This document shows positions 1-12,809 of a DNA stretch of 64,000 bases, in pieces; positions within the stretch are counted from its first letter, which is position 1, and each line of letters starts with the position of its first letter. A program made the translations under genes and the position numbers. Source of the DNA: the human T2T-CHM13v2.0 reference genome, Homo sapiens; assembly GCF_009914755.1 (NCBI RefSeq), contig NC_060948.1. The stretch is one strand, 5' to 3'. The notes beneath the pieces are model-generated. The model saw nothing but the letters and a program-made list of their open reading frames with translations. It was not told the origin of the DNA and did not search any database.

Positions 1-835
1 AAACCTGGTGTCCAAATTGTATGATTCAGATGACCTATTTTCATTCTCACAACACTTACATTTTCCCAATAATCCTTAAGACTACATTTCTTAAACTCAC
101 AGGAACTAAAAAAAAAATTTGATTTAAGTGCTTACTTCTCTTTAAGACAATTAATTAGAGCTTGTTTTTATAGATATTACACACACCACATATATAACAA
201 CACAAACAGAAGATTCAGAGTTATTTTGTGTGCCAGTTTCTTAATTGGATTATTGGTTTCAAGTTGTAGCCCTTGGAGAAACAGTGTCATTAGCATACAT
301 TTTTAGGGTCTAGTAAGTAGATGCAGCTGAAGGCAATTAGCCCATCCCCCTTGGTACTCTTTTTCTTCGTGGAGGAGTGGGGGGTCAGGATGTTTCTCTA
401 TGTTTTAGGCAGACAAGAGCATGCTTCACTAATTTATAACTACTACTAGCCATTTCATACAGTGCATTTTCTACCTAGTTATTACACACCAAAGCTCTCC
501 CATAATGTGAAGTAACTTGATATCAGCAAGAGCCACAAAGGGTAAATAACACAATACATAAGAATACAGAGGCTTTGCTTTTCAGAGGAAACTATCTGCT
601 TTCAATTTTGGGGGTTTCATGAGGAAAACATGGGTGTTTTGTTTTGCTATCTGTGTGTGTGTGTGTGTTTCCCCATATGGGGATTTTGGTACCTACTCTG
701 TTTTTCCCCAGGAGTCTTATGCTATCAGAAGGTACCTTATTAGGACCTTTCAGGCATGCAATAAGAGTGGTAAGACAGAAAATGATGGAGAAAAATAATT
801 CAGTCGACTGAGAACAAAAGAGCCTTTTTTTTCAA

Positions 836-1134
836 TTTTTTTTTTTTTTTTTTTAAACAGATTCTCACTGTTTTGCCCAGGCTGGAGTGCAGTGGTGATA
901 TCTCGACCCACTGCAAGCCCCGCCTCCTGGGTTCACACCATTCTCCTGCCACAACCTCCTGAGTAGCTGGGACTACAGGCACCTGCCACCACGCCCAGCT
1001 AATTTTTTGTATTTTTAGTAGAGACAGGATTTCACCATGTTAGCCAGTATGGTCTCGATCTCCTGACCTCATGATTTGCCCACCTCGGCCTCCCAAAGTG
1101 CTGGGATTACAGGCATGAGCCACTGCGCCCGGCC
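836..1134 (-). mobile_element. AluY (unit A only)
   Basis: Full dimer with poly-T; gcaagc..cgcc, caccattctcc and ttagccag diagnostics; absent at the paralogous site ~15915. Confidence 0.85.
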
Positions 1135-1367
1135 CCCCAAAATTTTTTAAATATATCAACAACTAGAACACCTACTTTTAATTAACCTGAACACGTTTTA
1201 AGAAAATTCTTTAAAAAATTTTTTATTACTTGACTTTAGCCCTGCCAAGCAGTTAAGAATTTTGGCTTTTGAACTTTACAAAATATAATCTCATAGATAA
1301 AACCAACTCATGTTATGACTTAAAAGCTAGTGTCCAAGGTATTTTCAGAGGAATAATAGTCAGCTTT

Positions 1368-1800
1368 TGAATCTTTCATTGCAAAATTTTGATGGAGACA
1401 GTGAAAGAGCATTGACCTAAACAAATCTGTTTCATTTGTTGCCCTCAAGCTGTCTTTGCCAATCCCTGGGCTTAGGCTGAGCCAACTTTAGGAGGAGCCT
1501 GGTTTACAGTCTACAGTCTAAAACAAAGATGATAACAGCTGCTTCCCAAGATATCCTTTCCTCTTGACTGGAGCCCAGAATGAGAAGCTAACCACAAGGT
1601 TAGGGGCCATGGCTTAGGTGTCAGGGAGGTGGAGGCTACAAGGTTTTGACCTTCCCTAAACTGCTTTCAAGATCAGTGCTTAAGATATTGTATAAACCCT
1701 GCCCTTGGTGGATCAGCTGGGACCACCCAGATTGAAAAACTGGCTTATCGGATTTTGTGGCCCTCACCCATGAACTGACTTAGCAGAAGAAGAAAGCCAC
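1368..1800 (+). mobile_element. LTR8-like fragment inside the ERV internal region (paralog ~16143-16570)
   Basis: tgaatctttcattgcaaaa...gagacagtgaaagag...ggatcagctgggaccacccagat resembles the 5' two-thirds of LTR8 as I recall it. Confidence 0.6.
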
Positions 1801-2894
1801 CTTTGTAAAATGGCAGAGACTAAAACCAATTATTGCCACATAGTTACAGGTTATGTTCCCAAGGACATGGAACAAGATGTAGGACTGTAACCCAGTTTGT
1901 TACTGACCATTTAGTTGCTCTGGCTTGCACAGAAGGCTTATGGGGTCTTGGGCCTTCACCCTGACTTAAGATACCCTTTTGTTGACAGAAAGATACAGAA
2001 GGACATGCAAAGCACACAAATAGTCTACAACTTAAGATCAACCTCATAAATCTTTTTTCGTTATTTATAAATTTACCTAGAATATAAACAATAATCCTTA
2101 TTTTCTTTTTTACCCATTTACTAAGGGAGAGAGAAGCCAAAGACCAACTGGTAAGAAATTTTTACCCTTTTGCCAGCATATCAGGCTTCTACATTTCCTT
2201 TCTTCTAGCTCAACTCTAAGCCAAGCATTTTAAGGTTTGGAAATTAACTTTTCCAAGATTGGATGAACAGTATGAAAGATATAGAAGCCATATTAAATCA
2301 CAAAAAAAAAAAAAATGAAAAACACTATAGAAAGAAGTTCCAGTTAAAATTTTCAAGAGGTATTGCCCCTTTTCCTATAGGGAATGGTATTTCCCCTATT
2401 TCTTTACCTAGGGAAAGTTTCTCTTTTCCCTTTTAGCCTACTATAGAAGACATGTTGCTCATCTCCACAATTTTCTTTTGCTTGCAGAGCTGCCTCTTTT
2501 AGCTGAAGTTAGACTTTGGCTTAGGAGCAGAAAAACATTCCTTCAAAAGAGATGAAATACCTAAGTTAAATTTTGGAAAGCGCCTATGTGTCTATCAGGA
2601 TCATCAGAAATTTGGCATGACCTCCCTTTATTTTCCAAAGTTCCTCCAATGAGAAGAGAGAACTTGAAGGGGCCCCAAATAAGGGAATCCTCAGATGGTT
2701 CCCCTGAAACTTGCTTCTCTAATTTTGGGTAATTTTTCTCTTTGGGACTGCCTGATAGGATTGCTAAATGCGCTGGGTTATTCTGCAACACTTACAAAGC
2801 TGTAGTAAGAAGGCCATGCCATTGTGCAAAAGTAAATAAACTATTTCTTCAAAGTTTCAGGGTTGAAGGAATCCAAGCACTTTAAAATACACTC

Positions 2895-3175
2895 AGCCAG
2901 GTGCGGTGGTTCACGCCTGTAATCCCAGCACTCTGGGAGGCTGTGGCGTGCAGATTATGAGGTCAGGAGTTTGAGACTAGGCTGACCAACATGGTGAAAC
3001 CGCATCGCTACTAAAAATACTAAAACTAGCCAGGTGTGTTGGTGCGTGCCAGTAGTTCCAGCTGCTCATGAGGCTGAGGCACAAGAATCCCTTGACCCCA
3101 AGAGGCAGAGTTTCCAGTGAGCCAAGACCTCACCAATGCACTCCAGCATGGGTGACAGAGTAAGATTCTGTCTCA
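2895..3175 (+). mobile_element. AluS (AluSg-like), shared with 17667-17943
   Basis: Alu dimer whose tail has turned into a microsatellite. Confidence 0.88.
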
Positions 3176-3184
3176 CACACAGGC

Positions 3185-3307
3185 ATATAAATAAATATAC
3201 ATATGTGTGTGTGTGTGTGTGTGGTGTGTGTGTGTGTGTATACGTATATATACATATATACATATATGCATATACGAATATGTATATATATATATATATA
3301 TATATAT
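3185..3307. repeat. (TG)n/(TA)n compound microsatellite
   Basis: Directly visible. Confidence 0.95.
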
Positions 3308-5388
3308 TCCAAGGGAATGGATGTTAAAGACTATCTGTTACCAATCTAGAAAGAGAGGTAAGAATAAAAGCACCTTTTTACTCTCCTTCCTTTCAGTATG
3401 TGATTCCGAAAGGAGATTAGTACATTAGGGGGTGTTCTGTAACTGTAGTTTTTCTTTGCTCCTGAAATTCAGCTCCCATTTAAATGTGACACCCATGACT
3501 GCAGTCATGACATTTTAAGCCATGTTACCAGAGAAACTAAACTTTTGGGTAATGGTATTGCCTTCCACAAGCAGTCTTATTCCTCTTTCCTTTATTTTCC
3601 TTTTATTTCTTAGACTTGTGTTGCCTGCATGCCTTTCTTAAAAAATGGATTTCAGGAAAAACAATGCAATTAGGCAAGACCCCTTTAAGAGAAGTGTCTG
3701 CTAGATTGAACTCTATGTTCTGCCATTGTGGCCAGTAGTAAAGCATGTACCCATAGTGAAATGGTTCCCATTAACTTCTGGACTTAAAGTCCTCTTACTA
3801 ATTAAATACCGTCTTAATAGGAGAGATAATAGAAGCTTTAAAGGAACATAGGAACCAAATGGAGGATTATTTTCCTGCCAGTGGGACACTATGGAGGCTA
3901 AAATTTGTCTACAGAAAACATCTTACTCCTAATTGCTAAAGGCAGAAACTGTCGATCTCAGAAGAGGCCTAGAGCCTGATTTCTAACAGTGTGAAAGAAA
4001 GCTTTGGACTTGCACTGAAAAAAACAGGAACAAAGTGTGCTTCTTAGAGGATTTCCATTTTCACTAGGTGGTGGTGTTGGCTGAGAAATGCTATGTGCTC
4101 ACCAGAGAAGTGGCAACAAGTAAACTCACCACAGAGGAAAAGGGGAAAACTCTGTTCCTAGACTGTAACAATCCCTGCCCATTTCATGCAGAGAAGGATT
4201 AAGAGGCTGGAGATGGAGAAGAAGAGTTTTGCAAAAGGATAGTTAAGGATTCTCTGCAAACACCCTAAATGGGCTGTCGGAGGCTGCGTCCAGGTCATTG
4301 GCCTCTGAATCATGCCAGCATGTGCCCCGGTCAGAAATTCAATACCCATTTGTAATGTGGTGTTCTCCATGTTCTCCCCAGCTAGCCTCACATCCATGTT
4401 TTTATTACGGCAGTTAACGCTAACAGTAGGTACTAGGCTGATGGATTTCCATTGATTTATTGGATTTATTTTAATATAGAGGCTAACTGCACCTCAGAGT
4501 GATAGAACAGGTTTTAAGCTTGCTTCCATACTCACCACTCTGAGGAAGACTGTACCTTGGATTCCCATGCAATGCACCAAAATGACTCAGCTCTGACGAG
4601 TGGAGAAACACTAGGGCTTTTGTATCCTGCTAATTGGGTAGAATAACACAGACACACGTGAAGTGGTTTTAAGGAGCAGAGCATTTAATAGGCAGAAAGA
4701 AGGAAGAAGAAAGAAGGAAGAAGCCTCTCTGTACAAAGAGAGAGGGAAGGAGGGGCTCCAAACCCGAGAAAGGAAAGCCTAAGTGAGGCAGAAACCAGCC
4801 AGCTGCATAAGGAGGCTGGAGGAGGTGGTGCCTGATTTCTATAGGCTCAGGGGATTGGTTTGACCAGTCTCCTCACTCATGTAGCCCCTAAAATACTGGC
4901 CCTCCCCCCGCTCCGCCCAGACTTTTAGAATGCAGATGCAGGGTACCAGGATGTTCTGCATACCTGGGGATATGTGGGGGAGGCCATGTGGCCAGGCATT
5001 TGTGGGGGCAAGGTCAAGGAGAAGAGAGCAGGAAGCCATGTTTGGGTGGACTCAGTTTCTGACGGCGGACATTTGCATATCAAAATTTGCCTGCCCGACT
5101 CCAAGAGCCAGGCCTTTCCGGCTAGACAGGAAACTTTTCTGGAGCTGCTTTAAATGAGACAAAAACGTTCCAAGGACACCAGGTTTTCTCTATCTGCTTA
5201 AAATGATTTCTTAATAACTCCTATACACTTATGACTCCATATTATTGCAGTGTGCTTTGTTTATTTTATATCATATGTAAATTTTTCAAGTTTTAAGTCA
5301 TTAAATTCATAAATATTTATCATTATTTATGCCACATTTTGTAGCATGCTTGGAAAGGTCTTTCCTCAGATTTATTCTTAGAAGCTGT

Positions 5389-5690
5389 GACTGGGCACAG
5401 TGGCTCATGCTTGTGATCTCAGCACTTTACGAGGCCCAGGCAGTAGGATCGCTTGAGGTCATGGGTTTGAGAGCAGCCTGCGCAACATAGGAAGACCCTG
5501 TCTGCACAAAAAATTAAAATTAGCTTTACGTGGCAGGTGGTGGTAGTTGCCTCTAGTCACAGTTACTTGGGAGGCTAAAGTGCGAGGACTGCTTGAGCTC
5601 AGGAGTTCGAGGCTGTAGCGAGCCATGATTACACCGCTGCACTCCAGCATTTGTGACAGAGCAAGATTCTGTCTCTACAAAAAAGAAACA
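5389..5690 (+). mobile_element. AluJ (paralog 20129-20425)
   Basis: ggatcgcttgag / ggctgtagcgagccatgat J-type diagnostics. Confidence 0.85.
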
Positions 5691-5797
5691 TACACGATGT
5701 ATAAAATGATACTGTCATAAAACGAAGATTGTGTAAACAGTGTCTGAGCAGTGGCTGAAAGCTCTGAGGAAAAAAAACTGAATGCATTTTTTTTTAG

Positions 5798-5902
5798 GTT
5801 TTTGTATGCATTTATTAAAATAATTAGCAGAATATCATCAAGCTAAAAAGAGTTGTAACATGGAAACACAGACAACTTTGCCATTTATCAGAGATTCTCT
5901 AG
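5798..5902 (+). pseudogene. OFD1: OFD1 pseudo-exon 6, copy A
   Basis: ttttttag|GTTTTTG...GATTCTCTAG|gtaatt; 105 nt; [22 protein letters not shown], with premature TAA. Confidence 0.9.
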
Positions 5903-6634
5903 GTAATTACAGTCTTCTTTCTTAATTTCAATTCTGTTGTTTCCATTTTGAATGAAGGAAGCTACCTGATTTACCAAGTTGTGTGGTTGCTTCTTGAACA
6001 AGAGGGATGCAGCCTGCAGGGAAAAGGGGAATTTACTTTTTCTGGAATCATCCTGGGGGCCCAGCAAGTGCTCTCCAATGTCATTTCCTGGCCTCATGCA
6101 TGCCAGGGCTACATTGGCCAAAGCATGCAAGGATTCAAAGGCCCAAAATCTTCCCTGTTTGTTGAGTTTTACCTCTCTTAACTGGGAGGTCCTTCCTCGT
6201 GTCTTGTCTTAAGTTTACAGCAACCAAGGTAGAAGATTATGGACTATTTGTTTTGCAGAGAACTAGAGAAGTAATTGGCTCATCGCTTCAATTTACAGTG
6301 GAGGAAATCGAGGTCCTCAGAGGGAGGGCAAATTGAAAACGTTCAATCTGCCTCAGAGCAGCTAGTGATGTCCGAATTCTCCCATCCATGATCTAGATTT
6401 TGTGTACTACGCAGCGGGTCGACAATACCATCTTGCCCTTCAGTTTTGCACTCAGTAGAGATGGGAGACAGCTGTTTAAAATGATGTGCTTAATGGATTT
6501 TTGGGCCTTCCTTATTCTTAAATAGTAACAATAACATGTTAGAAGATAAATTCAAAATTTGTATTATCTGACTATGCCTTTAATTAAGTGTAGGTTTAAT
6601 TCCATTAGAAACATTTTACTTGATAATTATCAAG

Positions 6635-6944
6635 CAGTGCTGTCCAATAGGTGAGCCACATACATAATGTTCAGTTTTCTAGTAGCCACATTGAAAACAG
6701 TAAAAAGAAATAGATAAAATTAGCTTTAACAATATATTTAATCCAATACATCCAAAATATGATTTCAACATGTGTTCAATATAAAAATATGAATGAGATA
6801 TTTCACTTTCTTTTTGCTTTGTTTTTGCACTAAGTTTTGAAATCTCATGTGTTTTTTACATTTAAGGCACATCTCAGTTCAGACTGGTCGCCTTTCCAGT
6901 GTCAATGGCTGTATGTGGCTGGAGGGTCTTGTGTAGGACAGCAT
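6635..6944 (+). mobile_element. MER33 hAT-Charlie DNA transposon fossil
   Basis: cagtgctgtccaatag...ggacagca terminal inverted repeats; ~310 bp. Confidence 0.8.
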
Positions 6945-7718
6945 TTGAAAAATACAGAAAAGTAGATGAAAAAACATGTCTAAAGTCATGCCTACCAGGG
7001 ACAAACACTATCAATGTTATCGTCTACTTCTGCCAGCCTTTTTCCCACTGGGCATACTTTTTTGGTGTGTTACACATGCTCAAGATTGTACCCTGGGTTC
7101 AGATTTGCACTCTGCTGTGTGGTTGATTTTAGTCCATAGTTGGTTTGAGGCCCACTTGACTAATGGAAGAAAGAGTCAGTCGGTCTCATTTTAGTCCTGG
7201 CTATGCTGTTATTTAATCACTTTTTCAGCTATATTGGTATGTGTTCTTTATCTGCAAAGTGGAGGCATTGAAGTAACATGACCTTTGATTCCTTTACAGT
7301 TATTGTTTTGAATCTGAAGTCAATTTTAACAAAAGTCCGATAAAGAGCTCTCTTCCTTAGCATTTAGTTAATAGGAAGAGACAGCAGTATTTTCTGACTT
7401 TAACTGTACTCTTCAATTTCTATTTCCTCCAACATTTTATGATGAACATTTTGAAACATATAGAAAAGTAGAAAGAATTCTATCAAACACTTATAAACCT
7501 CCCACCTAAATTCCATTATTACATTGGCATTATATATGCTTCATTACTTTTATCTGTTTATCCACACATCCATCTTTCTTTTTTTGTGTATTTTGAAGTA
7601 AATCGCAGACACCCATGCTTTCCCCTAAGTATACTCTTTACCTTTGAAAAAGAAAACTGGCCTCTTACACACCTGACCATGCTTCTATGTCCTCTTTTGA
7701 CATGTTATTTTTTAATAC

Positions 7719-7855
7719 CTGGGAAGTTTCAGCTTATTGATGATCAGTTTGCAGATGCTTACTCTCAGCATATCAAGGGTGAGTCTTTAGAAATAAAGCT
7801 AAATGAATATGAGAGAGAAATAAAAGAGCAAGTTCAGGCAGAAATGTGTCAAAAT
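7719..7855 (+). pseudogene. OFD1: OFD1 pseudo-exon 7 (only copy in window)
   Basis: 137 nt, [44 protein letters not shown]; acceptor AG mutated to AC, donor gtaag intact. Confidence 0.93.
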
Positions 7856-8678
7856 GTAAGCTTTACCTTGTTATTGTTAACAAGAGTGACATTTTTGTTT
7901 GTCTTCTGTGAGAAAAAGTGTATCTGGGTTGCCAGTTGAGTTTGTCTCCCCTGTGTGAGACACCCATGGCGAGCCATGAGTGGCCTCTGAGGAGAAAAGT
8001 CTCCTTATTGCCTTCATGTCTTTATGCCCTGAGAGCGTAACCACTCAGAGAGCATATCCACTCAGTGGCATTCTACAGGTTCCTCGGGGAGATAACACTC
8101 CCTGGAAAGAGTGGAGTGTAATCAAACGTCTTGGCTCCTCCTGAAACCTGCTCCCACCTGCTTCAGTCCCAATATGTTAAATATCTTAAGTAGTTTAAAC
8201 ACACACCTTTACTCAAGAAAATTCACAGAAACTGCCACTGCTACACATCTTATTGAATGACTCATGACTTCTCCTTCATTGATTAATCCTTTTCTTCATC
8301 CCTTCCTCCCCCCTCCCATCTGACATAAGAACAAAGAGCTTGTAAACCAACAAATTGGGTGGAGCCTAAGAACTCTGGGCCATGAACAAGCCTTTGACAC
8401 TGCAGTTCCCTTAACCCACCTTTTAAACACTGATTCTATCTCTTTCTAACTCCTTTGTCTGCACGGGACTCAGGGGACCCACTGGGTGGTGAGGGGATGG
8501 TTTCCCCATGTGGCACACAACACAGTGCTCCAAGTAATCTCTACAAATAATCTGGTAAAGAAATGACAGAGAGTGGAAAGTGGAGGACGCCTGATGAAGG
8601 AGGCCCGAGTACATTTTCACTTCAAGCTCCGTGGGTAAGTAGGGCACTCAGAGAATTCCAGGGTAACCTCAAGAAAAT

Positions 8679-10030
8679 ATAGGTCAGACTGAAAGTAAGT
8701 TTGCCAATTATTTAGCCTGCTGCAGCAGTTATTGTGCCTCAGAGGGATAATTGTGAGTACCCAAAATCTCACTTCTTTGTTCCATAACCTAGAAAAGTTT
8801 TCTCCTTGGTTCCTGGAATATGGAACCATGAATGTAGAAGATTGGGATAAAGTTGGATGAGACTTAAAACAAGCACAGCAAGAGGGCCATGATATTCCCT
8901 TCTCTGCTTGGTCTGTGTGGTCAGCAATTAAAACTGCACTGGAGCCCTTCCACCCAGAGGATGAGGAGGAGTTTCAGGGTGACATAGAAAAGTTTAATAA
9001 CCATGAGTCTGACGATCAGCAAAGTGAACCATCACAGTCTAGTTTTAAATAAGGGGAAGAAACCAGAAGCTCTATATGCTAACCCCCAAAAAACTTATGA
9101 AAGAAAGAGTTCCACCTACAGCAGAAACAGTGCCAACTACTGCGCCTTTATGGGAACGTCTGGAACGGCCAGCTCCGCCTTAGCCTTATGAATTGTTGTT
9201 AAAGGAGCCTGTGACTTGGCTTGCCGCTCCCATTGTTGCACACCCAGCCATTAACTATGGCAAAAGGAAGCTTCAGGCTAACCCAACAGCCAGTTACAGT
9301 GAGGGAATGATCCAGGCTTGTCCACCTGTTAATTGTGGTAAAGGAATGCTTTCATCCAGCCCAAATACAAATTATGGCACAGAGACAATCAAGGCATCTA
9401 CTCGCCAGGCACGAGAAATGGGGGATTTGGATGCTTGGCCGTATCCAGTAATTATTTTTCCTGCTGAGGAGCCTGGAGAACATCCTGAGGCACTCTGGGA
9501 GCCATTTACTTTTAAAATATTAGAAGACTTAAAGCAAGCAATTGGAAAATAGGGGCCAAATTTTCCTTATGTTCATTCCTTGTTACAATCTGTGGCTTAT
9601 AACTGGCATTTAACCTATGGAATCTCTCCAATTTAAACCCTGGTGGATGGATGAAGCAACAAATACGGCACACAGAAATGCTCAAGCTCAACCTGCCATT
9701 GATATCACATCTGATCAATTGCTTGGAATCGGACAGGCATGGGGTACTGTAAATGAACCCATGGTAATGGGTGATGAGGCTGTTGGTCAGTTCAGAACTC
9801 TATGCCTAAGAACCTGGGAAAACATTCATGACCCTGGTACTACTTATCCTTCTTTTAACTCATTTCAACAGTGTCCAAGGGAGACTTATCCAGATTTTAT
9901 CGCCTGTTTCCAAGACGCGGCTCAAAAGACTGTTTCAGATTCTCATGCCAGGAAAGTGATTATTCAGCTGCTTGCTTATGAAAATGCTAATACAGAATGT
10001 CAGGCAGCAATTAGACTTAGTAAGGGAGAG
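8679..10030 (+). pseudogene. gag: HERV-K gag remnant (MA-CA)
   Basis: (M)GQTESKFANYLSLL..FSPWFLEYGT..; major homology region QCPRETYPDFIACFQDAA; start ATG mutated to ATA; stops. Confidence 0.88.
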
Positions 10031-11750
10031 GCAGATCAAAATTACACTTACTGGGTCTACATTCCATTCCCACTACTGATTAGGCCTGTTGCGTGGTTAG
10101 ACCCTCCTGGTGGATGGACCAACAGATAAGCAAGGTCCTACTCATCTAGAGCAGGCGGGAATGTTGGTGAATGTTTCCATTGATTATCGCTTTCCTCCCA
10201 TCTGCCTGGGGCTGGCAGCAGGATGTTTAAATTATGATAAAGTGGGACATAAATGTCCCTACACAAAATGCATCAAAAGCCTCTATTCATGCAATCAATG
10301 AAGCAACATTTTAATCTTTGGACACTATTAAATACTTGAGCACGGCTATGTTATGACACGTTGCCAGATTACTGAATTTAAACCTAATATGAATCCCTGC
10401 CCTAGGCAGGCCACTAAATGGCCTGAAAAGTTAGAGGTGCTAACTTGGGAAGATTGTATTGCAAACAGTGCTGCGCTACTGTAAAATAATTCCTATAACA
10501 TCGCCATTGATTGGGTCCCTAGGGGACACTTTGCAGTAAATTTTACTGGCCAGCGCAAAGATTGTAGAGGGACTCCTGCAAATGACTACCCAGATAATGC
10601 ACCAAAATTATGTAGAAGAATTGAAACAAATTACCCTATTAAGTGGGAGGAGAATGGTATGGCTCCTCCAAGCCCAAAAATGATCGATCCAGTTATGAGA
10701 CCAGAACATCCAGAACTGTGGAAATTAATGATGGCTCAAACCCCAGTTTGGATTTGGATAGGAGAATATAAAACAGAGACTCATAGTAAAAAACTTTCAT
10801 TTGCTGTAGCCATGACCTCTAATCAGACGGTCCCATTGCAGAGTTTTGTTAAACCTCCTTTTATGTTGGCAGCCGGGAAAATTAATTTCCTACCTGACTC
10901 CGAAACCATACCCTGCCTTAACTGTCACCTTTTTACCTGCATTAATTCTACCTTTAATAAAGATAATAGCATTTTTACTGGTTAGGGCCTGAGAAGGAAT
11001 TCAGATACTTGTTTCCCTCAATAGACCTTGGGAGGACTCTCCCTCCATACATATTATCACTGAAGTACTAAAAGGAATATTTAATAGATCAAAGAGATTC
11101 ATATTTACTTTAATAGCTGTGGTCATGGGCCTTATAGCTGTCACAGCTACTGCTTCTGCACTGTTGCTGCTTTGCACTCTTCTATTCAAACTGCGGGCTT
11201 TGTGGATAGTTGGCAGAAAAATTCTTCTAAGCTTTGGAATTCCCAAAGCCAAGTAGATCAAAAATTGGCAAATCAAATTAATGATCTCTGTCAGACAGTA
11301 ATTTGGATGGGGGATTGGACTACTGGCTTGGAGTGTAGAAGTCAAATGCAATGTGATTGGAATACTTTGGATTTTTGTGTTTCTCCTAGCCCTATAATGT
11401 CACTGAACATCATTGAGAGATGATTAGACATCACCCACAAGGAAAAGAACATAGTTTAACACTAGATATTGCCAAACTGAAAAAACAAGTTTTTGAGTCA
11501 TCTCAGGCTCATCTTATCCTGTTGCCTGGAGCTGATATTCTTGCTGGAGCCACTGATGGCTTTTCTAATACCATTCCTTTAAAGTAGATTAAAACCATAG
11601 GTGGATCAACAATTGCAAATTTTATTTTGGTTTGTGTCTGCTTATGCTATTTGTTTTTAGTCAACAGATGCAGACAGCCCCTTGGGTGAGAGGCCAGACA
11701 CCAGCCATGATAGCAATGGCAGTTATTAATCAAAAAATTAATAAAGACAA
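10031..11750 (+). pseudogene. env: HERV-K env remnant (SU-TM)
   Basis: NYTYWVYIPFPLLIRPV, PEHPELWKL, furin site [12 protein letters not shown] (~11086), [28 protein letters not shown]. Confidence 0.9.
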
Positions 11751-12637
11751 AAAAGAGAGACATGTGGAAAGGAGAGTTTCTGTGGTGCCAGTTGAGTTGT
11801 TCTCCCCTATGTGAGACATCCATGGGGAGCCATGGGTGGCTGCTGAGGAGAAAAGTCTCCTTATTGCCTCCATGTCTTTATGCCCCCAGAGCATAAGCAC
11901 TCAGCGGCATTCCTCAGGTTGCTCAGGGAGATAACACTCCCTTGAAGCGGTGGAGTATAATCAAACATCTTGGCTCCTCCTGAAAGCTGCTCTCACCCAT
12001 TTCAGTTCTGATAAGTTAAAGATCTTAAGTAGTTTAGACACATGCCTTTGGCTCAAGGAAATTCACAGAAACTGCCACTACTATGTAGCTTATTGAAAGA
12101 CTCACGAGTTCCTCTACACTGATTAATCCTTTTCCTCATCCCTTCCTTCTGCTCCCATCTGTCCTAAGATCAAAATGCTTGTAAACCAACAAATTGGGTG
12201 GAGCCCAGGAACTCTGAACGGTGAGCAAGCCTCCGATGCTTTGGTCCTCTGGAACAGCCTTTTAAATACTGATTCTATCTCTTTCTAACCCTTTGTCTCC
12301 ACCAGACTCAGGGTACGTGCTAGGTGGTGTGGGGCTGGTTGTCTCAACAGCCTTCTAAAGTCTTAATCTAAGGTATAGAAAAAAAAAAAAACTAGGAATT
12401 TTAATAAAGAATGGGATACTCCACTATTGTGCACATTACTTTTATTTCTGTTGACATTTGTTTATGCCTTTTGAGTGAATCCTACAAATATAGTGAGTGA
12501 GATAAAACTAAAGATGAACTAAATGTAATATATTTGGACAGAGCATTAATGTTGAGCCTGGATGTGAAGACAATATTTGTTACTCTTCTTAGAGTATAAT
12601 AGTTAAAATTTTTAATTTTTTTGTGATCAATTTGCAG

Positions 12638-12809
12638 ATAAACTTCTGTTAAGCTGCTGAGATAGCAAAAATTAAAATAAAGCAAAAGGAAAGTATGGGA
12701 AAAATTAACTGTGTTCAGGAAAGATTTTGAGAAGGCTTGTCAGTCGGAGCCTGAAGCCATCATTTTTTGGGAAAAGAGTATCCTTGAGAGAATTCAAAAG
12801 CATCAAGAA
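12638..12809 (+). pseudogene. OFD1: OFD1 pseudo-exon 8, copy A
   Basis: tttgcag acceptor; FRKDFEKACQSEPEAIIFWEKSILERIQKHQE; frameshifted 5' part. Confidence 0.9.

Larger units (their letters stand above)
1..5227 (-). mobile_element. MER4-group ERV1 (class I) provirus fragment: internal region plus 5' LTR (4583-5227), copy A
   Basis: LTR with TG..CA-type ends on the - strand, adjacent degenerate PBS at 4562-4579, non-coding internal region; exact family (LTR27/MER50/MER61-like) not resolved. Confidence 0.75.
7907..12349 (+). mobile_element. HERV-K provirus (LTR14C / HERV-K14C, HML-9-like), pro-pol deleted
   Basis: Two ~590-bp LTRs (7907-8508, 11763-12349); 6-bp target-site duplication (TSD) gtcttc/gccttc; tRNA-Lys-type PBS at 8511-8528; betaretroviral gag and env remnants; purine tract before the 3' LTR. 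Confidence 0.88.

Noticed and set aside
3066-3428. Low-complexity YI/CV/HT ORFs
   Set aside because: Translations of (TG)n/(TA)n microsatellite and Alu sequence
7586-7939. 117-aa ORF as a coding OFD1 fragment
   Set aside because: Intron read-through around pseudo-exon 7; non-ATG start and mutated acceptor
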